A stretch of DNA of 64,000 nucleotides, from assembly GCA_963806855.1 (NCBI GenBank), contig CAWDYW010000001.1:1120001-1184000 (forward strand), written 5' to 3'. The notes beneath the pieces are model-generated. The model had not been told where the DNA came from. It saw only the letters and a list, made by a program, of their open reading frames with translations, and did not search any database. Below are positions 46,471 to 56,224 of this stretch, piece after piece. Every line of letters starts with the position of its first letter. Within the stretch, counting starts at the first letter, position 1. The stretch comes from an uncultured Verrucomicrobiae bacterium. GTDB taxonomy: Bacteria; Chlamydiota; Chlamydiia; Chlamydiales; Rhabdochlamydiaceae. The translations under genes and the position numbers were made by a program.

Positions 46471-46636
46471 ATACCCCGCGAGGTCAAAAATGGTAAAATT
46501 GGACCCACGCGAAAGCTCCCGGGGTTGACGTCGCAGAATGGGGTTTATATTGGAATTAATATTGACCCCATTCTGCGACGTCAACCGCGGGGCTTTGGCG
46601 CGGTCCACTTTAACCATTTTTGACCTCGAGGGGTAT
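46471..46636. repeat. Long imperfect inverted repeat (MITE/REP-like), ~74-bp arms
   Basis: ataccccgcgaggtcaaaaatggt...ggttgacgtcgcagaatggggt / accccattctgcgacgtcaacc...accatttttgacctcgaggggtat. Confidence 0.9.
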
Positions 46637-48235
46637 CACGCGGCTCGCTGCAGCGGCGATGAAGTCGCGGAAGAGGGGATGGGGATCGGTTGGCTTCGAT
46701 TTGAACTCAGGATGGTACTGGACGCCGAGCATCCAGGGGTGATCTTTGATTTCAGCGATCTCGCAGAGGACATCGTTTTCCATCACACCTGTTAAGATGA
46801 GCCCGTTGTCTTCGCACTGTTTCTTATAGGCATTGTTGAATTCGTATCGGTGTCGATGCCGCTCAGAAATCATCTCTTTGCCATAGGCGGTGTGCGCTTT
46901 GCTTCCCTTGCGGACAGCGCAATTGAAGGCTCCGAGGCGCATCGTTCCACCTAAATTTTTTACATCGCGCTGCTCGCTGAGCAGTGAAATGACTGGATGG
47001 GGTGTCCTCTGATCCATTTCGGTGCTATTGGCATCTTTGAGATTGAGCACATGGCGGGCGAATTCGACGCAGAGTACCTGCATGCCGAGGCACAACCCGA
47101 AATAGGGGATTTTGCTTTCCCTGCAGTGCTTTGCGGTCAAAATCTTGCCCATCCAGCCCCGCTCGCCAAAGCCTCCTGGGACTAAATAGCCATGGCACTG
47201 GCCGATGTTGACTTTGCCATCTTCGATGATTTTATCCGATTCATAGGTCTCGATTTCGAGCTCAACTTCGTTGGCAGTCGCGGCATGCTGCAAGGCTTCG
47301 AAGACCGACTTGTAGGCATCTTTGTGTTCCAGGTATTTGCCGACGATCCCGATTTTGACCCTTTTTTTCGGATTGCGCATCCGCTCGAGCATTGTGCTCC
47401 ATTTGGTCAAATCCGCTTTTATTTTTGGCAGCCCTAATGCATCACAAATTTTCTGATCGAGCTCTTGGCTGTGGAGCGAAAGGGGCACCTCGTAGATGCT
47501 AAACTCCACATCGGCCTGATCGATGACCGACTCTTTGGGCACGCTGCAGTGGATACTGATCTTGTCTTTCACCTCTTCGGAGAGGCTGTTTTCGCAGCGG
47601 CAAAACAGGAAGTCGGGGATAATTCCGATTTGGCGCAGCACCATCACCGAGTGTTGTGTCGGCTTGGTTTTGATTTCGCCAGCAGCCTTCAAATAGGGAA
47701 CATAAGTTAAGTGGATGTTGATGCAATCGCGAGGTCGCTCATGACGAAATTGACGGATCGCCTCGAGAAAGGGGAGCGATTCGATATCGCCAGCTGTACC
47801 GCCAATCTCGACCAAAACCACATCGGTTTCGATCTGCTGATTAGACACATTGATGATCCGCTGCTTGATCTCATCGGTGATATGGGGGACAACCTGCACT
47901 GTCTTGCCCAAATAATCGCCTCTGCGCTCTCGTTTGATCACCGCCTCGTAAATTTGGCCAGAGGTGGCATTGGATAATTTGCAAAGGGGCGAATTGGAAT
48001 AGCGATAATAGTGGCCCAAATCGAGATCGGTCTCAGCGCCGTCGTCGGTCACATAGACTTCTCCATGCTGGAAAGGGTTCATGGTCCCGGGGTCGACATT
48101 TAAATAGGGGTCGAGTTTGAGTAGAGCAGTCTTCAAACCGCGTGCCTCGAGAAGCATCGCAATTGAAGCAGATGTAAGACCTTTGCCAAGTGAGGAGACG
48201 ACTCCTCCAGTAATAAAGATATATTTTGGTTGCAT
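46610..48235 (-). CDS. pyrG: CTP synthase
   Basis: KYIFITGGVVSSLGKG, KLDPYLNVDPGTMNP, KTKPTQHS, GLCLGMQ, ERHRHRYE, QYHPEF; start MQPKY at 48235. Confidence 0.98.
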   Translation of the reverse strand: MQPKYIFITGGVVSSLGKGLTSASIAMLLEARGLKTALLKLDPYLNVDPGTMNPFQHGEVYVTDDGAETDLDLGHYYRYSNSPLCKLSNATSGQIYEAVIKRERRGDYLGKTVQVVPHITDEIKQRIINVSNQQIETDVVLVEIGGTAGDIESLPFLEAIRQFRHERPRDCINIHLTYVPYLKAAGEIKTKPTQHSVMVLRQIGIIPDFLFCRCENSLSEEVKDKISIHCSVPKESVIDQADVEFSIYEVPLSLHSQELDQKICDALGLPKIKADLTKWSTMLERMRNPKKRVKIGIVGKYLEHKDAYKSVFEALQHAATANEVELEIETYESDKIIEDGKVNIGQCHGYLVPGGFGERGWMGKILTAKHCRESKIPYFGLCLGMQVLCVEFARHVLNLKDANSTEMDQRTPHPVISLLSEQRDVKNLGGTMRLGAFNCAVRKGSKAHTAYGKEMISERHRHRYEFNNAYKKQCEDNGLILTGVMENDVLCEIAEIKDHPWMLGVQYHPEFKSKPTDPHPLFRDFIAAAASRVIPLEVKNG

Positions 48236-48275
48236 GATTTCCTTCCACAAGTTTACGCTGACCTGCGGGAAAAAA

Positions 48276-48359
48276 TCAACGCAAAGACGCAAAAACGCAA
48301 AGACGCAATAAAAAATTATTTTTTTTCCTGCGCCTTTGCGTCTTTGCGTCTTTGCGTTG
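48276..48359. repeat. ACGCAAAG-unit palindromic element, copy D
   Basis: tcaacgcaaagacgcaaaaacgcaaagacgca...tgcgcctttgcgtctttgcgtctttgcgttg. Confidence 0.9.
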
Positions 48360-48420
48360 TAAATTCCTTGCCCATTATAGCCCGAAATTGATAATGAGGG
48401 TGTCTTAAGCGAGGTTTTTT

Positions 48421-49800
48421 ATGGCCGTTTCTCTCTTTCAAATTTTTTCTGTCGGCATCGGCCCCTCTAGCTCTCATACTGTAGGGCCAATGCGCGCCGC
48501 TTATCAATTTATTTCTGACATCGAAAAAAATGGTCGCCTCAATGAAGTTGCCAACATCCGCGTCGAACTTTTTGGCTCCCTGGCGATGACTGGCGAAGGA
48601 CACAAGACCGACATCGCCGTTTTGCTCGGCCTTGAAGGGGAAAAACCTAGCGAGTGCGATCCGGCCGCTGTCGAACATCGAGTCAATTTTATCATCAATA
48701 ACTGCACCATCAATCTCCTCAATAAACGGATGATCTCGTTCCACAAAGATACTGATCTTCTTTTCCACAAAGGGCGACGCCTTCCCTACCACTCTAATGC
48801 GATGCGCTTCAAAGCCTTTGACGAACATGGAGCCGAGCTGTGCAAACAGATTTTCTATTCTGTCGGCGGCGGGTTCATCCTTGATCACGAACAGATTTTT
48901 GCCTCCGCAAATGGCGATGATGAGCTCCAAGTTCCCTACCCTTTCACCACCTGCGAAGAGCTTCTCGCCTACTGTCGTCACGAGGGAAAAACCATCTCTG
49001 AGATCATGCTCGCAAACGAAATGACCTGGCGCACCGAAACTGAAATCCGCCGGGGAATTCTCCATATTTGGGGCGTGATGCAAGCAGCTGTGAATCGGGG
49101 CTGCGAAACACAAGGGATCCTCCCCGGTGGCCTCGGCATCAAACGGCGCGCCTACGACCTTCTGCGCAAGCTCGAAAAAGCCATTAGTCACCACTCTTCT
49201 GTTTTCGATTGGGTCAGCCTCTTCGCCCTCGCCGTCAATGAAGAAAATGCCGCTGGCGGGCGCATCGTCACCGCTCCGACCAATGGGGCAGCCGGAGTGA
49301 TTCCCTCTGTCCTCCACTACTACATGAAATTCTGCGATAGCCCAAGCGTCGATGGCGTGGTCGACTTCTTCCTCACCGCCGCAGCGATCGGCGTCCTCTA
49401 CAAAGAAAATGCCTCCTTCTCCGCCGCCGAAATGGGATGCCAAGGGGAAGTTGGAGTTGCCTGTTCGATGGCCGCCGCAGGCCTTGCCGCAGCCCTCGGA
49501 GCCACCAATGCGCAGATCGAAAATGCGGCCGAAATTGGAATGGAGCACAACCTAGGGCTCACCTGCGATCCAATCGCCGGCCTTGTCCAAGTGCCCTGCA
49601 TCGAGAGAAATACCATGGGCGCGCTCAAAGCGATCAACGCATGCCGTTTGGCGATGCACGGCGATGGGGAGCACCGCGTTTCCCTCGACCAAGTGATTAA
49701 AGCCATGTACCAGACCGGCCTCGACATGAAGTACGAGTACAAAGAGACCTCCGAAGGGGGGCTCGCCATCCACGTCCCAGTCAATGTCCCCGAGTGTTAG
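48421..49800 (+). CDS. sdaA: Fe-S L-serine dehydratase, single chain
   Basis: [63 protein letters not shown]. Confidence 0.97.
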   Translation: MAVSLFQIFSVGIGPSSSHTVGPMRAAYQFISDIEKNGRLNEVANIRVELFGSLAMTGEGHKTDIAVLLGLEGEKPSECDPAAVEHRVNFIINNCTINLLNKRMISFHKDTDLLFHKGRRLPYHSNAMRFKAFDEHGAELCKQIFYSVGGGFILDHEQIFASANGDDELQVPYPFTTCEELLAYCRHEGKTISEIMLANEMTWRTETEIRRGILHIWGVMQAAVNRGCETQGILPGGLGIKRRAYDLLRKLEKAISHHSSVFDWVSLFALAVNEENAAGGRIVTAPTNGAAGVIPSVLHYYMKFCDSPSVDGVVDFFLTAAAIGVLYKENASFSAAEMGCQGEVGVACSMAAAGLAAALGATNAQIENAAEIGMEHNLGLTCDPIAGLVQVPCIERNTMGALKAINACRLAMHGDGEHRVSLDQVIKAMYQTGLDMKYEYKETSEGGLAIHVPVNVPEC

Positions 49801-49923
49801 TCACATTATCAGCAACTTATTGATAATTAGCCTGTTATCAGTTTAATTAAAATTAAAAATTGAATTTTATGTGTGAGTATGTAATAATTAATTACATAAA
49901 CAAATAAAAATTGGAGGTTAATA

Positions 49924-50769
49924 ATGTTTAATTCAATTACTGAATCAACTGCTCAACTACCACTTGAGCCGGCAACGAGCTTTGCTGACGAAGCTGAAGT
50001 GCCAGCTTGTCATCCCTTGATTCTTGAGCGACTTCCTCCTGGGGATTTATACAATGCAAGATTGGTTTGCCGTGTATGGAATGAGATCGTCACGGGATTT
50101 CTCAAAGTTACTCATCTTTTCCCTAAAACTCCTTTTATAGGTAAACGCAGCTGGGAGGCTCATGTTGATCTTAAGAAATATGGGTTAGAGTGTGAGCAGC
50201 CAGAGGTCCCATGTCTTTCTAAAAAGCATGATTGGTTCATTTTAAACCAAATGGACAATGAAAGTGAACAAGGAATCTCTTTTGTAACGCTTCCAAAAGG
50301 GCTCACTTTAAGAAAAGTCATTGAAGTCGCAGGGGATCCTAAGCGAGGAAATGCGATGAAAATTCAAGGTATATCAAAGGAGCTTATTGAAGAAATCGGA
50401 GATGTGAAAATTGAAAAAACGGTCACAGTGGCGGTAACGAATGGCCCCTTTAAAGGAACCAGGGGGCCTGCTTTTTGCGATCAGGGACCTGTGATCAACA
50501 TGAGACACAACTGTAGCACGCCCAAAGCATTAACATTACTAACTCTGGCAGTCATGAGATTTATGATTTCTAATCCCAAAGAGCCTGTAAGAATTCTCAA
50601 TGAAGATCCTCCGATCTTCATCAAGTGTGAGGAAATGAGTGAAGGAAGGCAAGTCGTCTTAGGTGCTTTTGATCAAGAAGGGCCGCAAATGTACGATGGT
50701 CACCCAATGGGGGCGGATCGTTATGCTCTCGGTGGTCAGCGGGCGCTTGAGAACCCTCCTGGCAAGTGA
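49924..50769 (+). CDS. F-box protein, candidate effector
   Basis: ggagg RBS; LILERLPPGDLYNARLVCRVWNEI F-box motif; AT-rich upstream region. Confidence 0.75.
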   Translation: MFNSITESTAQLPLEPATSFADEAEVPACHPLILERLPPGDLYNARLVCRVWNEIVTGFLKVTHLFPKTPFIGKRSWEAHVDLKKYGLECEQPEVPCLSKKHDWFILNQMDNESEQGISFVTLPKGLTLRKVIEVAGDPKRGNAMKIQGISKELIEEIGDVKIEKTVTVAVTNGPFKGTRGPAFCDQGPVINMRHNCSTPKALTLLTLAVMRFMISNPKEPVRILNEDPPIFIKCEEMSEGRQVVLGAFDQEGPQMYDGHPMGADRYALGGQRALENPPGK

Positions 50770-50825
50770 ACTCTTTACATTCTCCTAAATCTCCGATATC
50801 CTTTGATTTTTCGGAGGTTTTCCCT

Positions 50826-52421
50826 ATGAATCGTCAGATGAGTCGTCTACAAAAGCTGCGCGCTGAGTATAAGCCGGAGCTGCCTAAAATCTTGAAGAAT
50901 TTGCATCGGATCCGATTTGAAAAGGGCAAAGCCACTTCAGCAGTTGCCCATAAGGAAGATATTCAGAGGGAATTCCCCCAAACATTTGGACGGCCTATTC
51001 AGAGCGGAATTGAGGGGGATGTCAGGAAGCGCTCTCCATTGAAAGTGGGCGTGGTCCTCTCGGGTGGACAGGCCGCGGGTGGACACAATGTCATTTCTGG
51101 GCTATTTGACGCTCTTAAAGAGCTCTGTCCGCAGAGTCGGCTAGTGGGCTTTTTAGGCGGGCCGAGTGGGATTATCGAGAATAAGACGCTCGAGATCACG
51201 CAAGAGGTGATTGCCCCTTATCGGAACCAGGGGGGATTTGACCTAATTGGCTCGGGCCGAACGAAAATCGAGAGCGACGAGCAGCTCGCAGCATCGTTGA
51301 AGACGTCCGAGGCGCATGGGCTCGATGGGCTCGTCGTGATCGGGGGAGATGACTCCAACACCAATGCAGCGATTTTGGCTGAGTATTTCTTGAAGCATGG
51401 ATGCAAAACGGCGGTTGTCGGGGTGCCGAAGACAATCGATGGCGATTTGCGCAATGAATATATCCCGATTTCCTTTGGCTTCGACACAGCGGCCAAGACT
51501 TATGCTGAGATGATCGGCAATATTCAGCGAGATGCGCTTTCGGCGAAGAAATATTATCATTTCATTAAGCTGATGGGTAGATCTGCCTCTCATATTACGC
51601 TCGAGTGTGCCTTGGCTACCCATCCCAATGTGGCTCTGATCGGCGAGGAGATTGAGGCGAAGAAAATGACCCTGGCGCAGGTGACCAACGAGCTGGCCGA
51701 TCTGATCGAGAAACGGGCGCAGAAGGGGAAGAACTATGGGGTCATTTTGGTGCCGGAAGGGCTCATCGAATTTATCCCCGAGGTGAAAATGTTGATTGGA
51801 GAGCTCAATGGCTTAGGCGAGAAATTGGAGATTGAGAAGCTGAGCCAACCTTGCAAAAGCTGTTTTCTATCGCTGCCTGAGGAGATCCAAAAGCAATTGC
51901 TCCTCGATCGGGATCCCCACGGAAATGTCCAAGTTTCGCAGATTGACACAGAAAAGCTGCTGATGAGCACAGTGAAAAAAGAGTTGGCGAAACGGAACTC
52001 GAAGGCAAAGTTCTCGCCACTAGGCCACTTCTTCGGCTACGAGGGAAGGGCCGGCTTTCCGTCGAATTTCGATACCTGCTACTGTTATGCTTTGGGTTAT
52101 ACGGCAGCTCTGCTTGTCGATGAGAAGATGACCGGGTATATCACCTGCGTTCAGAACCTCCACCAGCCGGTAGAAGATTGGACTATTTCAGGCTTGCCTC
52201 TGACGATGCTGATGAATATGGAGCTGAGGAAAGGGAAGAAAAAGCCGGTCATTCAGAAGGCTCTTGTCGATCTGAAGGGTAAGCCATTTCAGTTCTTTAC
52301 TGAGAATCGGGCAGGGTGGGCGATAGAGGATTCTTATCGCTATCCCGGCCCCATTCAGTACTTTGGAGATGCATCCCTAATCAATGCTGTGCCAATCTCG
52401 ATGCAATTAGAATTAGAGTGA
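50826..52421 (+). CDS. pfp: PPi-dependent phosphofructokinase
   Basis: SGGQA.GGHNV, GSGRTK, GGDDSNTNA, PKTIDGD, MGRSASH, FGYEGR, YRYPGPIQY. Confidence 0.96.
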   Translation: MNRQMSRLQKLRAEYKPELPKILKNLHRIRFEKGKATSAVAHKEDIQREFPQTFGRPIQSGIEGDVRKRSPLKVGVVLSGGQAAGGHNVISGLFDALKELCPQSRLVGFLGGPSGIIENKTLEITQEVIAPYRNQGGFDLIGSGRTKIESDEQLAASLKTSEAHGLDGLVVIGGDDSNTNAAILAEYFLKHGCKTAVVGVPKTIDGDLRNEYIPISFGFDTAAKTYAEMIGNIQRDALSAKKYYHFIKLMGRSASHITLECALATHPNVALIGEEIEAKKMTLAQVTNELADLIEKRAQKGKNYGVILVPEGLIEFIPEVKMLIGELNGLGEKLEIEKLSQPCKSCFLSLPEEIQKQLLLDRDPHGNVQVSQIDTEKLLMSTVKKELAKRNSKAKFSPLGHFFGYEGRAGFPSNFDTCYCYALGYTAALLVDEKMTGYITCVQNLHQPVEDWTISGLPLTMLMNMELRKGKKKPVIQKALVDLKGKPFQFFTENRAGWAIEDSYRYPGPIQYFGDASLINAVPISMQLELE

Positions 52422-52463
52422 TTTTTATTTAAGATAATTTATAAATAATGCTAATAATAATAT

Positions 52464-53435
52464 ATGGAATTAACTAAATCGAAAAAAGTAGCTGGGCGTT
52501 ATATTAACCCCCATATCGGGAATATTCGGCGCAAAACGAAAGACTTCCTCCTCTGGTCGGTCGGATTCTTTCGCGATCATCCGTTTGAGCTTGTGCCTGA
52601 AGGGTTTACTTATCCGCTCCCGGATAGGGAGTTCGACCCAAATCAGCCTTGGGCCATGTGGATCGGCCATAGTACCTACTTGATTTCGATCAATGGGGTG
52701 CATCTGCTGACCGATCCGATTTGGAGTAGCCGATGTTCTCCTGTCCCATTCGCAGGCCCTAAGCGAAAAACCCCGCCGCCCCTTAAAATCAGCCAGCTTC
52801 CTAAGATCGACTACGTGCTGATTAGCCATGACCACTATGACCACCTCGATCGGCCTACAGTGGAGCGATTGCACCGCCGTTTCCCCCATATTCTGTGGAT
52901 CGTCCCAAAAGGGGTGAAGAGGTGGTTTGAGAAGCAGGGGATCAAGCGGGTTGTGGAGCTCGATTGGTGGGAAGAGGCTCATATCGACGGCTCCTTCAAG
53001 GTATCGGCTGTTCCGACACAACATTTTTCAGGTCGCACTGCCCCCCATGCCAATCGGACCCTATGGCTCGGATATGTTTTCGAGGACCTGAAAGCTAAGA
53101 AGGTCTTCTATTTTGTCGGCGATACAGGCTATAATCCTTACGATTTTAAAAGCATTGGCGCCCGCTTCCCCAAGATCGACCTGAGCTTGATCCCGATTGG
53201 GGCCTATTCGCCGCGCAAATTCATGGCCACTGTCCATATCGAGCCGCGCGATGCAGTCAATATCCACAAAGATGTGGGGTCAATATTCAGTTTAGGGATG
53301 CATTGGAAGACATTCCGCCTTTCCGAAGAGCCGCAAGAGCAGCCCCCCTTCGACCTGCTGAACTCGCTGAAAGCAGAAAAAATCGACCCTGCCACTTTTT
53401 TGGCTCCCGATCCCGGGATTAAAATCAATTGGTAG
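52464..53435 (+). CDS. MBL-fold metallohydrolase (NAPE-PLD/RomA-like)
   Basis: WIGHS, TDPIWS.R.SP, SHDHYDHLD, QHFSGR, GDTGY, PIGAY.P, MHW.TF.L. Confidence 0.9.
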   Translation: MELTKSKKVAGRYINPHIGNIRRKTKDFLLWSVGFFRDHPFELVPEGFTYPLPDREFDPNQPWAMWIGHSTYLISINGVHLLTDPIWSSRCSPVPFAGPKRKTPPPLKISQLPKIDYVLISHDHYDHLDRPTVERLHRRFPHILWIVPKGVKRWFEKQGIKRVVELDWWEEAHIDGSFKVSAVPTQHFSGRTAPHANRTLWLGYVFEDLKAKKVFYFVGDTGYNPYDFKSIGARFPKIDLSLIPIGAYSPRKFMATVHIEPRDAVNIHKDVGSIFSLGMHWKTFRLSEEPQEQPPFDLLNSLKAEKIDPATFLAPDPGIKINW

Positions 53436-53450
53436 AGTATAATTAGGGGG

Positions 53451-54059
53451 ATGTTCCTCTATTTAAAAGTCAAAATCTACGAGTGGCTAGAGCAGCGCAA
53501 AGTCGAAAAGCTCTTCTATCATAACCAGCGGTTTAAAGAGCGGGATAGAGCTCTGCTCGCAGCCTATCGGACCAAGAATCCATACCGCATCAGCAAAGAG
53601 TTTCTAAAAGTCCACTCCTATGGCGAGACCCCGCTGACAACGATGGCCCGCATAGTCGATGAGTGCGGCCTTTCCTCTGATGATCTCATCATTGAAATGG
53701 GAGCGGGCAGGGGCAGAGCCTCTCTCTTTTTGGCCGAATATGTAGGATGCCGCGTGATCGCCTATGAGCAGATCCCTACTTTCGTCGAAAAAATCTTGCC
53801 TTCACCCAATCTAAAAATCCTTGCGCAAGATATGTTCTCAGCTGACTTTTCTAAGGCCGCGGCGATCTACCTTTATGGGACGATGCTGACCGATGAGGAA
53901 ATTCAGAAGCTATGTGCTATTTTCCCCAAAGGGGTGAAAATTATTACTGTCAGTTATCCCCTGAGCGACTATAGTGAGCATTATATGATTAAGAAGACCT
54001 TTACGGGGAAGTTTCCGTGGGGGAAAACAGAGGTTTATTGGAATGAGCGAATTAGCTAA
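53451..54059 (+). CDS. Class I SAM-dependent methyltransferase
   Basis: YGETP, EMGAGRG motif I, D.F..D. Confidence 0.75.
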   Translation: MFLYLKVKIYEWLEQRKVEKLFYHNQRFKERDRALLAAYRTKNPYRISKEFLKVHSYGETPLTTMARIVDECGLSSDDLIIEMGAGRGRASLFLAEYVGCRVIAYEQIPTFVEKILPSPNLKILAQDMFSADFSKAAAIYLYGTMLTDEEIQKLCAIFPKGVKIITVSYPLSDYSEHYMIKKTFTGKFPWGKTEVYWNERIS

Positions 54060-54384
54060 AAAAAAGTGCGTTCCTTGCACAGTGGGCACCCCGCCGCTCA
54101 AAGGGAAAGAGCTCCAGACTTTTTTCAAGGAATTAGAAGAAGGCTGGAACCTCGTCGACGAGGTGCGGCTTGAAAAGAGCTATAAATTCAAAGACTTTAA
54201 AGGGGCGCTGGCCTTTGTCAATGACTTGGGTAAAATCGCTGAGGAGCAGGGGCATCATCCCGACATCGAACTTTCGTGGGGCAAGGTCAAGGTGATCCTC
54301 TGGACCCACAAGATCCATGGCCTTTCCGAAAGCGACTTTGTGATGGCCGCCAAGTGCGACGTCGCCTTCACTTCACGATTATGA
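54043..54384 (+). CDS. Pterin-4-alpha-carbinolamine dehydratase
   Basis: AEEQGHHPDI, WTHKI.GLSE.DF.MAAK. Confidence 0.92.
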   Translation: MSELAKKKCVPCTVGTPPLKGKELQTFFKELEEGWNLVDEVRLEKSYKFKDFKGALAFVNDLGKIAEEQGHHPDIELSWGKVKVILWTHKIHGLSESDFVMAAKCDVAFTSRL

Positions 54385-54500
54385 AAGACTGTCTCAACGC
54401 AAAGACGCGGAGGGCGCAAAGACGCAAAAAAAACAAAAAATTTTTCTTCTTTGCGCCTCCGCGCCTCCGCGTCTTTGCGTTTATATAGACCCCGCCGAAA
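54383..54500. repeat. ACGCAAAG-unit palindromic element, copy E
   Basis: gaaagactgtctcaacgcaaagacgcggag...gcgcctccgcgtctttgcgtttatatagaccccgccgaaa. Confidence 0.9.
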
Positions 54501-54516
54501 AAGTACCCTTGACTGT

Positions 54517-55317
54517 TTAAATGTGTTTTTGCCAAATCGCTTGGAGCAGGGCATAGGAGAAATACCCATCGCGGCAAAGGACTTTGGTTTTGACTCCTTT
54601 GATGTCGATCACGATGTATCCCTTAATGAAGGCTTCGCGGATTTCATCAAGCGATAAGTCGAGATTGAGGGCGATCGCTTCGCTTTGATCTTGATGCCGC
54701 TCTTTTCTTTCATGCACTTTGGCAAAAAAGACCGGAATGGTCGCTGATAAAACGCCGGTATCAGGGTTAAAATTCCCAAGAAGGATATACTCTTTTGCTA
54801 AACATCCTGTCTCTTCCTTTAATTCGCGCGCGGCAGATTCTTGAAGGGTCTCTTTATCTTTGCAGCCTCCACGAGGAAGTTCCATCTCCCAGGTGCGGGT
54901 CGCATGCCGGAAATTGATATTGACTACGATCCGTTTATTCTCAAGTACGGGGAGGACTACCACTCCGCAAGCTCCACTCAGTCCCCCTTTCCAGATGATG
55001 CGATCGTAGGTTCCAGGAATTCCACCTGGAAAGGTGACCGCATCCCTTACCCAAATCAGATAATGATCTTCTGCGACGATCCCTACGTGGCTATATTTTT
55101 CGGCATTGGCTCTGGAATAACCCATCCGGATATAGCGCTGGCAGCATTGCTTTTCGATTAGTTTGATCTCTTCAGGAGAGGTGGCGATTTCGATCTCCCC
55201 CTGCTTCCAGCTTCCGTGGCGGCCGAGAGTTTCTGTAAATTGATGAAGTATTTTATCATAATCGGTATCTGCAAAAAGGGCGGAAGAGAGTATAAGAAAA
55301 AGCGCAAGCGTCTTCAT
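54517..55317 (-). CDS. NUDIX hydrolase with signal peptide
   Basis: MKTLALFLILSSALFA; ELPRGG....E....SAARELKEETG Nudix box. Confidence 0.85.
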   Translation of the reverse strand: MKTLALFLILSSALFADTDYDKILHQFTETLGRHGSWKQGEIEIATSPEEIKLIEKQCCQRYIRMGYSRANAEKYSHVGIVAEDHYLIWVRDAVTFPGGIPGTYDRIIWKGGLSGACGVVVLPVLENKRIVVNINFRHATRTWEMELPRGGCKDKETLQESAARELKEETGCLAKEYILLGNFNPDTGVLSATIPVFFAKVHERKERHQDQSEAIALNLDLSLDEIREAFIKGYIVIDIKGVKTKVLCRDGYFSYALLQAIWQKHI

Positions 55318-55351
55318 AACGGAAGATATTGTGCAAAAGAAGGGACATAAG

Positions 55352-56146
55352 ATGCAAGGGGAAATGCCGCTAATTGGGTTGGGGACTTACCAACTCCTCG
55401 GGAAGGAGTGCCGAAAGGTAGTTGAGATGGCGCTGGAAATTGGCTATCGGCATATCGATACTGCTCTTGCCTATGAGAACCATCACGAAATCGGAAAGGC
55501 CATCGAGGGGTTCAACCGCGAGGAGCTATTCATCACATCCAAATTTTTTCTCGACCGGATCGACCATAAAGAGGGCTCGGTGGAAGAGATCTGTAACCAG
55601 GTTTTAAAGGAATTGAGGGTTGAATATATCGATCTGCTGCTCATTCACTGGCCAGACCGGAGCTACCCGATGGAAGAAATTTTTGCCGATCTTTGGAAAG
55701 AGGTGGAGAAGGGGAAGGTCCGTTTTCCAGGTGTATCCAACTTTACTGAGCATCACCTGAAGGATCTCTACGATGCTGGGCTGAAAGTTCCCTATAATCA
55801 GATTGAACTGCATCCTTATTTGACCCAAAAGAAGCTCCGAAATTTTTGCGAGAAAAATGGAACGCGGGTTGTCGCCTATCGCCCATTTGGGAAGGGGGCT
55901 TTATTGAAGGACCCTGTACTGCAGGAGATTGGCGCTAAGCATGGCAAGACGGCCTCGCAGGTGATTTTGCGCTGGCTAGTCCAGCAGGGTATTCCTGTCA
56001 TCCCTAAGGCATCCTCGGAAAAACATCTTAGGGAAAACATCGATCTATTTGACTTTAAGCTAGATGATAGCGAAATGGCAGCGATCGACGGGCTCAATCG
56101 CGATTTTCGTTATTGCGATGTCAATTGGAGTGAATTTGATTATTAA
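55352..56146 (+). CDS. Aldo/keto reductase (DkgA/B-like)
   Basis: MP.IGLGT, GYRHIDTA..Y.N, LFITSK, DLLLIHWP, GVSNF, NQIELHPY, IPKAS. Confidence 0.93.
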   Translation: MQGEMPLIGLGTYQLLGKECRKVVEMALEIGYRHIDTALAYENHHEIGKAIEGFNREELFITSKFFLDRIDHKEGSVEEICNQVLKELRVEYIDLLLIHWPDRSYPMEEIFADLWKEVEKGKVRFPGVSNFTEHHLKDLYDAGLKVPYNQIELHPYLTQKKLRNFCEKNGTRVVAYRPFGKGALLKDPVLQEIGAKHGKTASQVILRWLVQQGIPVIPKASSEKHLRENIDLFDFKLDDSEMAAIDGLNRDFRYCDVNWSEFDY

Positions 56147-56224
56147 CTCATTCAATTTCACATCAATGTAGTCGGATGTGATATTAATTGTTTCTATTTT
56201 TATTTAATATGTTATTATGAAGTT

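Noticed and set aside
48236..48292. Extended ORF-track starts (pyrG 48292, rnr 20345, galE 25170, lptD 6260, tsaD 38042, 21042, 13192)
   Set aside because: Extensions run into repeats, terminators or upstream genes; downstream ATGs fit family N-termini or RBS positions better.
48316..49548. 410-aa antisense ORF
   Set aside because: Shadow of sdaA on the opposite strand; no recognisable motifs, and its end runs through a palindromic repeat.
53451..54059. DOT1-like histone methyltransferase effector
   Set aside because: YGE plus motif I is shared by many class I methyltransferases, and the gene is coupled to a housekeeping gene with no secretion-like leader.
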